Source: Candidatus Daviesbacteria bacterium (GTDB lineage: Bacteria; Patescibacteriota; Microgenomatia; Daviesbacterales; UBA10151). Taken from it: a DNA stretch of 64,000 nt. The stretch is taken from the NCBI GenBank assembly GCA_030699125.1, contig JAUYKM010000009.1:204958-268957 (forward strand). Reading direction: 5' to 3'. The translations under genes and the position numbers were made by a program. This document shows positions 1 through 8,360 of the stretch, one piece after another (position 1 is the stretch's first letter; the number at the start of each line of letters is the position of its first letter). Under the pieces are notes generated by a model, which did no database searches, was not told where the DNA came from, and was given only the letters and a program-made list of their open reading frames with translations.

Positions 1-829
1 CTCTTTCTTGTTTATTATTTCTATAAATCTTAATAATAAAATCAGTAACTCTCTTGTTTCTATTTTTCAGAATAATTCTTCCTTTCTCGAATTTAAAAAT
101 AAGTTGATGCTTAGAAGTCGTTGAAGAATTACAAGATAGTTGAGCTTGTCCGGTTATACCATGCTCAAATTTTAAAGTAAGATCTGCGCCTACATCACCT
201 CTGTTTAAACTTTTCTTAGAATAAAATATATCGCTATTAATTTTTATAATTTTTCCTGCAAAATATTCTAAGTAGTATAAGGAATGAGAAAAGTAAAAAG
301 ATAATGCTCCACCTCCCTCTCTTGCATTCGATTTCCAGGATGTAATTTTGTTTTTAATATCATAACTTAAAAATAACCATGTCAGTTCAATCTTTTTTAA
401 TGTTCCTAATTGACCATTATTGATTATTTTTTTGACTTCTTTCCACTCTTCAATTTCAGGAAAAATAAAATCTATAGCATGAATAATTTTCTTCTTTTCC
501 GCCAATTTATATAGCTGACGTGCTTGTAATAAGGTGGCTGCCAGAGGTTTCTCAGCAAAAATATGTAGACCTTTTTTAATTGCTTTTTTTGCTATGCGAT
601 ACTGTGCGTTTGGGGTGACTGCTATTGCTAATGCATCTAATTTTTCATTATTGAGCATTAATTGCCAATCTTTGTAAATTTTTTTATTTCCAACTTCAGA
701 CTGATACTTTTTTAATCTGCCTTTATCATTTGCACAAATTGCTATCACCTGGCATTTTTTTATTGAATTAAATGCAGGCAGTAAGCCATAGAGACCAAAC
801 CCAGAACCGATAATCCCAACCTTCACCAT
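1..829 (-). CDS. Gfo/Idh/MocA family oxidoreductase (partial, runs off window start)
   Basis: Not in the ORF track. Hand translation from ATG 829 gives MVKVGIIGSGFG (Rossmann motif) and HIFAEKPL (EKP motif). Confidence 0.85.
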   Translation of the reverse strand, partial: MVKVGIIGSGFGLYGLLPAFNSIKKCQVIAICANDKGRLKKYQSEVGNKKIYKDWQLMLNNEKLDALAIAVTPNAQYRIAKKAIKKGLHIFAEKPLAATLLQARQLYKLAEKKKIIHAIDFIFPEIEEWKEVKKIINNGQLGTLKKIELTWLFLSYDIKNKITSWKSNAREGGGALSFYFSHSLYYLEYFAGKIIKINSDIFYSKKSLNRGDVGADLTLKFEHGITGQAQLSCNSSTTSKHQLIFKFEKGRIILKNRNKRVTDFIIKIYRNNKQER

Positions 830-870
830 ATTTATTTTGCAGTATTATACTATACTTAAACATCAAAGGG

Positions 871-1037
871 GTTTATAATCACTAGCAGAAAACCCCGCTT
901 TTTTAAAGCGGGGATGAATGCTTAAGTGATTACAGTCTTCCGCGGAATGATTGGTGGTATCTGAAGGTAGGGTTTTCTGCAGTTTCTTGTAAACTTTTAA
1001 AGAAAACCGCGGAATTTCAGTCCGCGGAAGTTTATAA
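871..1037. repeat. Structured multi-hairpin intergenic element bounded by GTTTATAA direct repeats (IS200/IS605-end-like miniature element or tandem terminators)
   Basis: GTTTATAA at 871-878 and 1030-1037. Hairpins CCCCGCTTT/AAAGCGGGG (893-913) and CCGCGGA/TCCGCGG (1007-1027). Further inverted pairs at 876-883/925-932, 885-895/970-980 and 937-946/1021-1030. Confidence 0.6.
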
Positions 1038-1045
1038 GTAAGGGA

Positions 1046-2173
1046 TTATTTAGTCAAATTTTTAAAGAATTTCTTGAACTTGCTGGCAATGAACTTAATA
1101 TCAGACTCTTTCAAACCCGGGTAGATAGGCAGTCTTAATATTGAATCGGCAACAGTGTTTGTTATTTTAAAATCACTTTTCTTATATCCCAACTTTCTTC
1201 CCATTTTTGAAGAATGAAGTGGAGTATAGTGGAATGCAGTTTCAATATCTTTTGATTTCATAAATTCAATTAGTTGGTCTCTTTTCCTGCTACTTACTAA
1301 TATTGCAAAGATATGCCAATTGGGATCACATTCTGATGGTAATTGCGGAAGGACAACTTCTTTAATACCTCCCAAAAATTCCAAATACAATTGTGCAATA
1401 TTTTTGCGGTCTTGAGTTATTTTGTTTATTTTTTTCAACTGGTTTCTTGCTATTGCACTTTGAAGGCCAGACAAATAATAACTGCTACCCCTTGATACCC
1501 ATTGATACTTTCTAATTTTTTTTTGGAGAAAATCATAACGATTGGTACCGACTTGTCGATAGATCTCTGCTTTTCTAAATATTTTTTTACTATTAGTGAT
1601 AAAAATACCCCCTTCGCCACTAGTGATGTTTTTGGTTGCATGTAAACTAAAGCAGCCAATATCTCCAATGGTACCTAAAAGTTTCCCTTTATATCGTGAT
1701 CCCCAGCCGTGAGAGGCATCTTCTATTATTTTTATTCCAGCTTTTTTGGCAATTTGCATTATTTGGTCCATTTGACAGCTCATTCCAGCATAGTGGACAG
1801 CAATGATTGCCTTGGTCTTTGGAGATAGTTGTTTTTTAATACTTTCAGGATCGATATTAAAATAAACTGGATCAATTTCGGCGAATTTTACTGTTGCACC
1901 TTGGTTTAGAATTGCCGTAGCATCAGAGGGAAAAGTAAAACTTGGAACTATTACTTCATCATCCTGTTTTAGGTTCAAGCTAGCAACAGCTAATTCCAAA
2001 GCCGCTGTCCCGGAAGGTACGGCAATTGCATATTCAACTCCAAAATAATCTTTTAGTTCTCTTAAGAAAGAATTTTCAACACTTCCACCACTGTAAATTA
2101 CTCCAGAATCAATAGTTTCAAGCAAGACTTTCTTATCGTCTTCTTCTAAAAAGGGTTTATGAAGCGGAATCAA
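1046..2173 (-). CDS. DegT/DnrJ/EryC1/StrS sugar aminotransferase, WecE/RffA-like
   Basis: PSGTAALE, VPSFTF, IIEDASH, PLP lysine in FSLHATKN, and the GTNR motif typical of WecE. TTG start with AAAGGAGGA upstream. Confidence 0.9.
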   Translation of the reverse strand: MIPLHKPFLEEDDKKVLLETIDSGVIYSGGSVENSFLRELKDYFGVEYAIAVPSGTAALELAVASLNLKQDDEVIVPSFTFPSDATAILNQGATVKFAEIDPVYFNIDPESIKKQLSPKTKAIIAVHYAGMSCQMDQIMQIAKKAGIKIIEDASHGWGSRYKGKLLGTIGDIGCFSLHATKNITSGEGGIFITNSKKIFRKAEIYRQVGTNRYDFLQKKIRKYQWVSRGSSYYLSGLQSAIARNQLKKINKITQDRKNIAQLYLEFLGGIKEVVLPQLPSECDPNWHIFAILVSSRKRDQLIEFMKSKDIETAFHYTPLHSSKMGRKLGYKKSDFKITNTVADSILRLPIYPGLKESDIKFIASKFKKFFKNLTK

Positions 2174-2174
2174 T

Positions 2175-2720
2175 TTATCCTCCTTTTATCTTTCTGATTG
2201 ATCTGGCTGGTACTCCAGCCACCAGAGTTTTATCAGGAACATTTTTCGTCACAACGCTTCCAGCAGCGACAAAAGATTGGTGGCCTATGGTAACCCCGGG
2301 TAAAATAGTAACTGTTGCGGCAATCACACTCCCTCTTTTGAACAAAACAGGCTTTGTTGATTTTGGGAAATATTTTTGCAAAGGGTGGTCAAAGTAGCCA
2401 ACGTTAAGATGAGTTAAAACTGTCACTCTTTGAGCCAGAGTTACTTCATTTTCCAAAGTAACTGAGCCATATAAATCAATTAATGTCTCATCTCCGATAA
2501 AACAGTCACTTCCAATTACCAGACCTTGCGGTCCTTTGTGATGCCAATTAAAAAATTTAACATTCATAATAATTGAATTACTACCGATCTTGGCGCCCAG
2601 AAGAGTTAGAAAGACCTTTCGTAAGGGAGGTAATATTAATAAACCATAAATAAATTGTAAAATTGCATAGACAATAAATCTAATTGTTTTTTCTACACCG
2701 ATCTCTTCAGTTGCCTTCAT
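2175..2720 (-). CDS. Hexapeptide-repeat (left-handed beta-helix) acyltransferase
   Basis: ILPGVTIGHQSFVAAGSVVTKNV...VAGVPA C-terminal signature. Confidence 0.9.
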   Translation of the reverse strand: MKATEEIGVEKTIRFIVYAILQFIYGLLILPPLRKVFLTLLGAKIGSNSIIMNVKFFNWHHKGPQGLVIGSDCFIGDETLIDLYGSVTLENEVTLAQRVTVLTHLNVGYFDHPLQKYFPKSTKPVLFKRGSVIAATVTILPGVTIGHQSFVAAGSVVTKNVPDKTLVAGVPARSIRKIKGG

Positions 2721-3427
2721 TCCTTAAAACTTTCTTTAAAAACTAACAATCTTTGTAATTGGCGCCAACTGTCACGCATAAACTTGACTGTTGATTTTTT
2801 CTCAGGGCGTCTTTGAAACAATATGGGGATTTCAACTATCTTTAAGTTCGCAAAAAAAGCTCGGGCTATGATTTCTGTATCCCAGAACCAACCATTGTCT
2901 TCTGTTTTTTTGACAATGGGAAGGATTTTTTTTCTATTAAAAAACTTATATCCGGCCTCAGTGTCCTTAAAAGGCAATAATAATAGTCTTCTCACGAGAA
3001 TGGGATATATTACACTGCCAAGGTACCGGTGAGGTCCAGTAATTTGGAATTTATATGACCTGGAGCCAATTGCAACATCAGCTCCTAAATCAATAGCTCT
3101 AATAAATGCTGGTAGATAATTTTCTGATACCTCAAGATCAATATCAACAAATCCAACTATATCCCCTTTAGCCTTGAGTATTCCCTCTTTAACCGTGCCG
3201 CCGCGGCCTATATTTTCAGTGTGGAATATCGAAAGGATGTTTTTGCTATGATGATGATTTTGTACATTACTTATTATTTTGCTACTGTTATCTTCACTTG
3301 CATCGTCAATAAATATTAACTCATATTCATATTTTGTGATATCCAAAATATTGATAATTCTTTTAGTACTTTCCTTAATTGAAAGTTCGTCATTGAAGCA
3401 TGCAAGAATTAAGCTAATCTTTTTCAT
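2717..3427 (-). CDS. GT2 glycosyltransferase, polyprenol-phosphate (DPM/DPG synthase)-like
   Basis: IDDASED, NIGRGG, DID, DTEAGYK and WFWDTEI motifs. Confidence 0.88.
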   Translation of the reverse strand: MKKISLILACFNDELSIKESTKRIINILDITKYEYELIFIDDASEDNSSKIISNVQNHHHSKNILSIFHTENIGRGGTVKEGILKAKGDIVGFVDIDLEVSENYLPAFIRAIDLGADVAIGSRSYKFQITGPHRYLGSVIYPILVRRLLLLPFKDTEAGYKFFNRKKILPIVKKTEDNGWFWDTEIIARAFFANLKIVEIPILFQRRPEKKSTVKFMRDSWRQLQRLLVFKESFKE

Positions 3428-3435
3428 ATATCCTG

Positions 3436-4296
3436 TTATTTCTTTTGTGCGAGCAAGACTATTGGCGTTTGGGCATTGAATAAATTTGCAACATGAATTG
3501 CTGGTTTTAAAAGTTTTAAAGTTTTTAAAATTGTGATAATTTTTTTTGCCGATCCTACGGTACTTAACTCAGGAAGTTTTAATTTTGAGACTTTTTCAGT
3601 AAATACCTCTTTACCCCAATCTAATACCAGTAATGGTAGGGGTCGAGTTATATTTTTTAGATCTATTTGATTCACTAGTTGTAATTCATCTAAGAGTTTG
3701 GGGTTTTTGCCCCAAAGCTTAAGGTATAATCTACCCAGGGATTTTGATAAGTAGGGGATCCAAATTATTCCATAATGGCTCTCCCAGAAAGATCCATAAT
3801 TTGGAACTACAGAATATAAATAGCCACCACTTTTTAAAACACGCGTTGATTCCTGAATAACTCTCTTCACGTTTTGAACATGTTCAAGAGTAAAAAATGA
3901 GACAACAATATCAAATGATTCGTCTTTGTAGGGAAGTTTTTCTCCGTCTGCTTGTTTGATTAAATTGGGGTTAAATCCGGATCTTTTAAGTAGCTCTCGG
4001 CCTATTCTTAATGTAGTTTGATAGTAGGGTTGATTAGCCGGTTCTATACCCTTCGCTCTAATGCCATTTTCCAGACAGATTACAAGAAAGAGGCCATAAC
4101 CGCAGCCAACCTCTAAAAGTTTTTTATTTTTTAATTTACCCAATGCGACAGTCAAATCGTCAAAATGTTCACGAGCACGCTGCCATGATAGAAGTGCTTC
4201 TGCAGTTTCTTGGGCAGGCCTTCCGGTTACGTGAGCTAAAGTTTGATCTAAATGTTCAGTTAGCTCATTTTTTAAATCATTTATTTCAATTCTCAT
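3436..4296 (-). CDS. Class I SAM-dependent methyltransferase
   Basis: LLEVGCGYG, LPYKDESFDIV, LEHV, RVLKSGG. Confidence 0.88.
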   Translation of the reverse strand: MRIEINDLKNELTEHLDQTLAHVTGRPAQETAEALLSWQRAREHFDDLTVALGKLKNKKLLEVGCGYGLFLVICLENGIRAKGIEPANQPYYQTTLRIGRELLKRSGFNPNLIKQADGEKLPYKDESFDIVVSFFTLEHVQNVKRVIQESTRVLKSGGYLYSVVPNYGSFWESHYGIIWIPYLSKSLGRLYLKLWGKNPKLLDELQLVNQIDLKNITRPLPLLVLDWGKEVFTEKVSKLKLPELSTVGSAKKIITILKTLKLLKPAIHVANLFNAQTPIVLLAQKK

Positions 4297-4326
4297 GGCT
4301 TAAAATTCCAATATGACTGATAATTA

Positions 4327-5607
4327 CTAAACTTTTGAATTTTTGACAATTTTGAAATCAGGTAGAGGAATAATGAAGTTAGATTTCAAGCCCCTTTTCT
4401 TTAATTGTTGCATGATTGGAAGTGCATAATGCCAGGCAAGTAGTACTACATAATCCGGTTGATCATCAAATAATCTTTGATTATTAACAACTGGCATATG
4501 TTTTCCAGGTAAGTACATGTTTAGTTTTAAGGATGTTGGCTGCTCAGCTAAGTAAGGAAGTAATTCAGTGTCCACGCCGTAATAATTTAGGAGAGTAGAA
4601 CATCTTCCAGGACAAGAATTTCCCACAATTTTTTTACCTTTTTTTCTTGATTTCATTAAGAAATCCATAAATTTCAGACGGGCATTTCTAACTCGATCTG
4701 CAAATAGCTTGAATGTTTCCAATTTTCCTAATCCAAATTCTTTTTCTAATTTTAATAATTTAGCCACTGATGGATTAATCTTTTTTCCCTTACCCTTTTT
4801 AACGTATATTCGAATATTGCCTCCGTATCTACTTCCTCTTTCTACCTCCACTATTGTAAAATCATATTGATTAAATAGAGTAATAAGAGCTTTTAGAGAA
4901 TACGTTCTTAAGTGCTCATGATAGATTGTATCGAATTGCCCGCCGGCTATTACATCAAGAAGGTAATGAGTTTCGGAGATAAAGATTCCATCGTCCTTTA
5001 ATAAATTGTATGCACCCATTATGAACTCTCCCAGTGTTTGCATATGGGCAAAAGTATTAGTAGTAATAATAAGAGATGCTTTCCCGTATTTTTCCTGAAT
5101 TTTTTTAGCTGTTTTTATTCCAAAAAAGGCTTGAAAAGTGTTTATACCACTTTTATTGGCAATTTTGGCAATATTCGTTGGTTCAACTCCTAATGTTTTT
5201 ATACCCTCTTCTTTAAAGCCTTGGAGTAAGGTACCATCATTTGAACCGACATCAACAATTAAGTCATTTGAATTTAATTTAAATTTTTTTATAATGGATT
5301 TACTTATTTGTTTTTGGTAATCAACTAGCTCTTTAGTGATACCGCTACGGTAAGGATAATCAGGATAATAGATCTCTTTCCCAGCTACACAGTAATCAAT
5401 TTGAACTCCCGTACAATCTTCACACCAAACCATTCTAAGAGGATAGGTTATCTCGGGTTTATCTAATTGCTCATCTGTTAGCATAGCCACACAGGGAGAT
5501 TGGTGACCTAAATCTAAGATCAAATGTAATTTTTTTGAATTACATATCTGGCAGGAAGATATATGGCCAGTTTTAACAAAATGATGCTTTGGATAAGTTA
5601 ATTTCAT
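4327..5607 (-). CDS. NDP-sugar C-methyltransferase (NovU/TylCIII/TcaB9-like)
   Basis: N-terminal Zn ligands CQIC...CEDC, DVGSNDG, IYHEH, C-terminal PDYVVLLAWHY. Start moved to ATG 5607. Confidence 0.88.
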   Translation of the reverse strand: MKLTYPKHHFVKTGHISSCQICNSKKLHLILDLGHQSPCVAMLTDEQLDKPEITYPLRMVWCEDCTGVQIDYCVAGKEIYYPDYPYRSGITKELVDYQKQISKSIIKKFKLNSNDLIVDVGSNDGTLLQGFKEEGIKTLGVEPTNIAKIANKSGINTFQAFFGIKTAKKIQEKYGKASLIITTNTFAHMQTLGEFIMGAYNLLKDDGIFISETHYLLDVIAGGQFDTIYHEHLRTYSLKALITLFNQYDFTIVEVERGSRYGGNIRIYVKKGKGKKINPSVAKLLKLEKEFGLGKLETFKLFADRVRNARLKFMDFLMKSRKKGKKIVGNSCPGRCSTLLNYYGVDTELLPYLAEQPTSLKLNMYLPGKHMPVVNNQRLFDDQPDYVVLLAWHYALPIMQQLKKRGLKSNFIIPLPDFKIVKNSKV

Positions 5608-5627
5608 TTGTTTTTGAGTATAACATA

Positions 5628-6650
5628 TCAAATCCAATATAAATCCTTATTGAGCTTACCCACTTTCATCAAATTTTGAAGATGGGTTAAACGAATAAAT
5701 TTACCATCATCGAAATCCTTTTTGGTAAAATTTTGATTAAGCTTTTTAATCAAATGATGAATTGATTTTTCCAGTGGCCATTTTTGAATTAATTTTGGTA
5801 AGATTTTTTTTATTTTAGAAAAGTCTACTCGATAACTTCTGCTATCTTTACCGTGTTCTCCGGTGTAGATAATTTTACAACTAGGCAAATATTTTTTAAC
5901 GTATTTTACTATATCCTTAATCCGGTAATTACTTTCATCGAATCCCACATTGAAAATCTCTCCATTAATTGCTTTAGAATCCAGAGTTATAAACTTAGAA
6001 ATAATTTCGGATAAATCCTGTATGTCAACAAGTGGTCTCCAAGGACTACCATCGCTTAGGATTCTAATCTCCTCAAATGCAATCGCGGAAGTGACAAGAT
6101 TATTAACAACTAAATCATTCCTAAATCTGGGAGAAAAGCCATAAACAGTTGCATTTCTCAGTAAACAAACACAAAAATTATCATCCCTTAATTTTTTCAG
6201 CTCTGTTTCTACTAAAACCTTTGATTTAGCATAGGCGGTTAAGGGATTAATTGGGGAGTTTTCATTGACCAGGTTCTCTTTAGCGATACCGTAAACCGAG
6301 CAAGAGGAAGAGAAAATAAATCTTTTTACACCCATTTTCTTTGCTTTTTTAGCAAGGGTAATAGTAGCTTTATAGTTTATATCTAAGGTAAGTTTTTCAT
6401 TTAAGGCACCCATAGGATCATTTGATAAGGCTGCCAGATGAATAATACAATCAATACCATTCAATTTCTTTATCTTATCCCGAATATCTGTTCTTTTGGA
6501 ATAATACTTATTTTTATATCTACCAATGGTAATATCCTTAAAATAATCAGTATCCCATCCAATAACTTCAAAGCCCTTTCTTAATAATTTGTTACATAAA
6601 ATAGTACCAATATAACCATTTGCACCTGTTACCAGAATTTTTTTTACCAT
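5628..6650 (-). CDS. NAD-dependent nucleotide-sugar epimerase/dehydratase (extended SDR)
   Basis: TGANGYIG, SSSCSVYG, YAKSK. Start taken at ATG 6650. Confidence 0.9.
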   Translation of the reverse strand: MVKKILVTGANGYIGTILCNKLLRKGFEVIGWDTDYFKDITIGRYKNKYYSKRTDIRDKIKKLNGIDCIIHLAALSNDPMGALNEKLTLDINYKATITLAKKAKKMGVKRFIFSSSCSVYGIAKENLVNENSPINPLTAYAKSKVLVETELKKLRDDNFCVCLLRNATVYGFSPRFRNDLVVNNLVTSAIAFEEIRILSDGSPWRPLVDIQDLSEIISKFITLDSKAINGEIFNVGFDESNYRIKDIVKYVKKYLPSCKIIYTGEHGKDSRSYRVDFSKIKKILPKLIQKWPLEKSIHHLIKKLNQNFTKKDFDDGKFIRLTHLQNLMKVGKLNKDLYWI

Positions 6651-7420
6651 ATTTTCCAAGGAATCTTATCGGAATTCCAGATTTTATTTAGATCTTCGAG
6701 TTCCTTATAAGTATCAACAGCAAACCAAAAATCATCATGTTTAAAGATTGAAATCTGTTCCTTCTCTGCTAAATTTGAAATTACTTGAAGTTCAGAAGAG
6801 CCATCCTCTAAATAATCAAAAAATCTTTGATCAAAAATCATAAAACCTCCATTGACCCAATCCGATAATACAGGTTTTTCTACTATAGCCTTCAGTAGCA
6901 TATTATTGGTTATATCTAGTAAACCATATTTAGATCTTGGGTGAACAGAAACAATGGTGCCGATAGTTTTTTGTTTCTTATGAAATTTAACCTCCTCTTT
7001 AATATTAATATTGGCTACTCCGTCTCCATATGTAACCATAAAATATTTATCATTTTTAGGAATATATTTTTTGCAACGAAGGATTCTTTCTCCCGGCAAA
7101 GTTTCCAGTCCTGTATCAACGAAAGTAATCTGGAAGTCATCATTATCTTTTTGATTTTCCAAACGGAATTTAGTTTTATGGTTCTTTGTATAAAGAGTAA
7201 AGTCGCTCATAAATGCTTTTTGGTTTAAGAAATAATCTTTAATGTAATCTGCTTTATATCCAAGAGCTAATATAAAATCGTTAAATCCAAAATGAGCATA
7301 TATTTTCATGATGTGCCAAACTAATGGTTTATTCCCGACAAGAACCATCGGTTTCGGTTTAAATTCCGTTTCTTCTTTAAGTCTTGTTCCGGCACCACCG
7401 CATAGTATTATTACTTTCAT
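6644..7420 (-). CDS. rfbF: Glucose-1-phosphate cytidylyltransferase-like nucleotidyltransferase
   Basis: ILCGGAGTRL, KPKPMV, LGYK, TYGDGV, WVNGGF. Confidence 0.88.
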   Translation of the reverse strand: MKVIILCGGAGTRLKEETEFKPKPMVLVGNKPLVWHIMKIYAHFGFNDFILALGYKADYIKDYFLNQKAFMSDFTLYTKNHKTKFRLENQKDNDDFQITFVDTGLETLPGERILRCKKYIPKNDKYFMVTYGDGVANINIKEEVKFHKKQKTIGTIVSVHPRSKYGLLDITNNMLLKAIVEKPVLSDWVNGGFMIFDQRFFDYLEDGSSELQVISNLAEKEQISIFKHDDFWFAVDTYKELEDLNKIWNSDKIPWKIW

Positions 7421-7429
7421 CTTTTTCTG

Positions 7430-7458
7430 ATTCTAATTAGGTAATCTGTAATAGTCAA
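7430..7458 (-). promoter_or_regulatory. Sigma70-type promoter for the rfbF unit
   Basis: Minus strand TTGACT-17 bp-TAGAAT, ending 9 nt before ATG 7420. Confidence 0.65.
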
Positions 7459-7471
7459 ACCCTGAAAAGAG

Positions 7472-8308
7472 TTAGCCTGGCTGTATTTCCCAAAAACTAT
7501 TGTAAATTGATTGTTTAGAAAGGAATATAAAATTTGATAAAAGATAATTTGGGAGCCTTTTATCGATACCATCCTCAACAAGTAGAACAACCCTTTTCCC
7601 TAATCGTAAAATTTTACTTGCTCCTTGTAATACTTCTGTTTCATGGCCTTCAACATCTAATTTAATGAATATCTCATCAAACTTTGAAAAATACCTTGAG
7701 AAACTATTTAATTTCTCTGCCTTAAGTTTGATTTTTTTGGATCCTGATTTAAAAGTAGTAAACATTTTCATCTGGTCGTTAATATAAAAATCTACAAAGC
7801 CATTTTTATTACTTAATACAGATTGAAATATTCTCACACTTGATAGTTTGTTGATTTGAATATTTCTTTTCAGGAGAGAAAAATTTTCCGGAAAAGGCTC
7901 AAATGCCATAAGTTCCAAATGATCATTACTTTTCCATTTCCTTCCAATGCTGACAGAGTATTTACCAAAACCTGCACCAATATCTACAAACATTACCTTT
8001 TTACGTTTCTTTAGTCTATTGCCTATGAGATTATTCAAATAAACTATATCTGTCCTTTCAAAGGATGGTGAAGCAATGGTTAAATCCGGCCAGATCTTCC
8101 TAATAAAAAAATCACCACACCTTGTTTTTAACAGAATTTTTTCGTTTTGATAGATTAATTTCAGGGAAGGAAAAATGTGTGCGGCAAAATACCCAATTTC
8201 ATTAAATAAAATAGTCAGGCGATAATTATAACATTCTAAGGGGGCGATAAGTTTGTAGAACAACAGATAAACAAAAAAAGTAAGTTTCTGTACGATATTA
8301 AATTTCAT
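7472..8308 (-). CDS. FkbM family methyltransferase
   Basis: FVDIGAGFG, AFEPFPEN, IKLDVEGHE. Confidence 0.88.
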   Translation of the reverse strand: MKFNIVQKLTFFVYLLFYKLIAPLECYNYRLTILFNEIGYFAAHIFPSLKLIYQNEKILLKTRCGDFFIRKIWPDLTIASPSFERTDIVYLNNLIGNRLKKRKKVMFVDIGAGFGKYSVSIGRKWKSNDHLELMAFEPFPENFSLLKRNIQINKLSSVRIFQSVLSNKNGFVDFYINDQMKMFTTFKSGSKKIKLKAEKLNSFSRYFSKFDEIFIKLDVEGHETEVLQGASKILRLGKRVVLLVEDGIDKRLPNYLLSNFIFLSKQSIYNSFWEIQPG

Positions 8309-8324
8309 TTAAAAATATTCATAA

Positions 8325-8353
8325 TTGCTGGATATTGGGAATTATAATATACT
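8325..8353 (+). promoter_or_regulatory. Sigma70-type promoter, probably leaderless transcript
   Basis: TTGCTG-17 bp-TATACT, ending 7 nt before ATG 8361. Confidence 0.5.
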
Positions 8354-8360
8354 TTTTGAA

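Noticed and set aside
3504-3530. GTTTTAAAA-like triple repeat
   Set aside because: Irregular period and low complexity, explained by Leu/Lys codons in AT-rich DNA.
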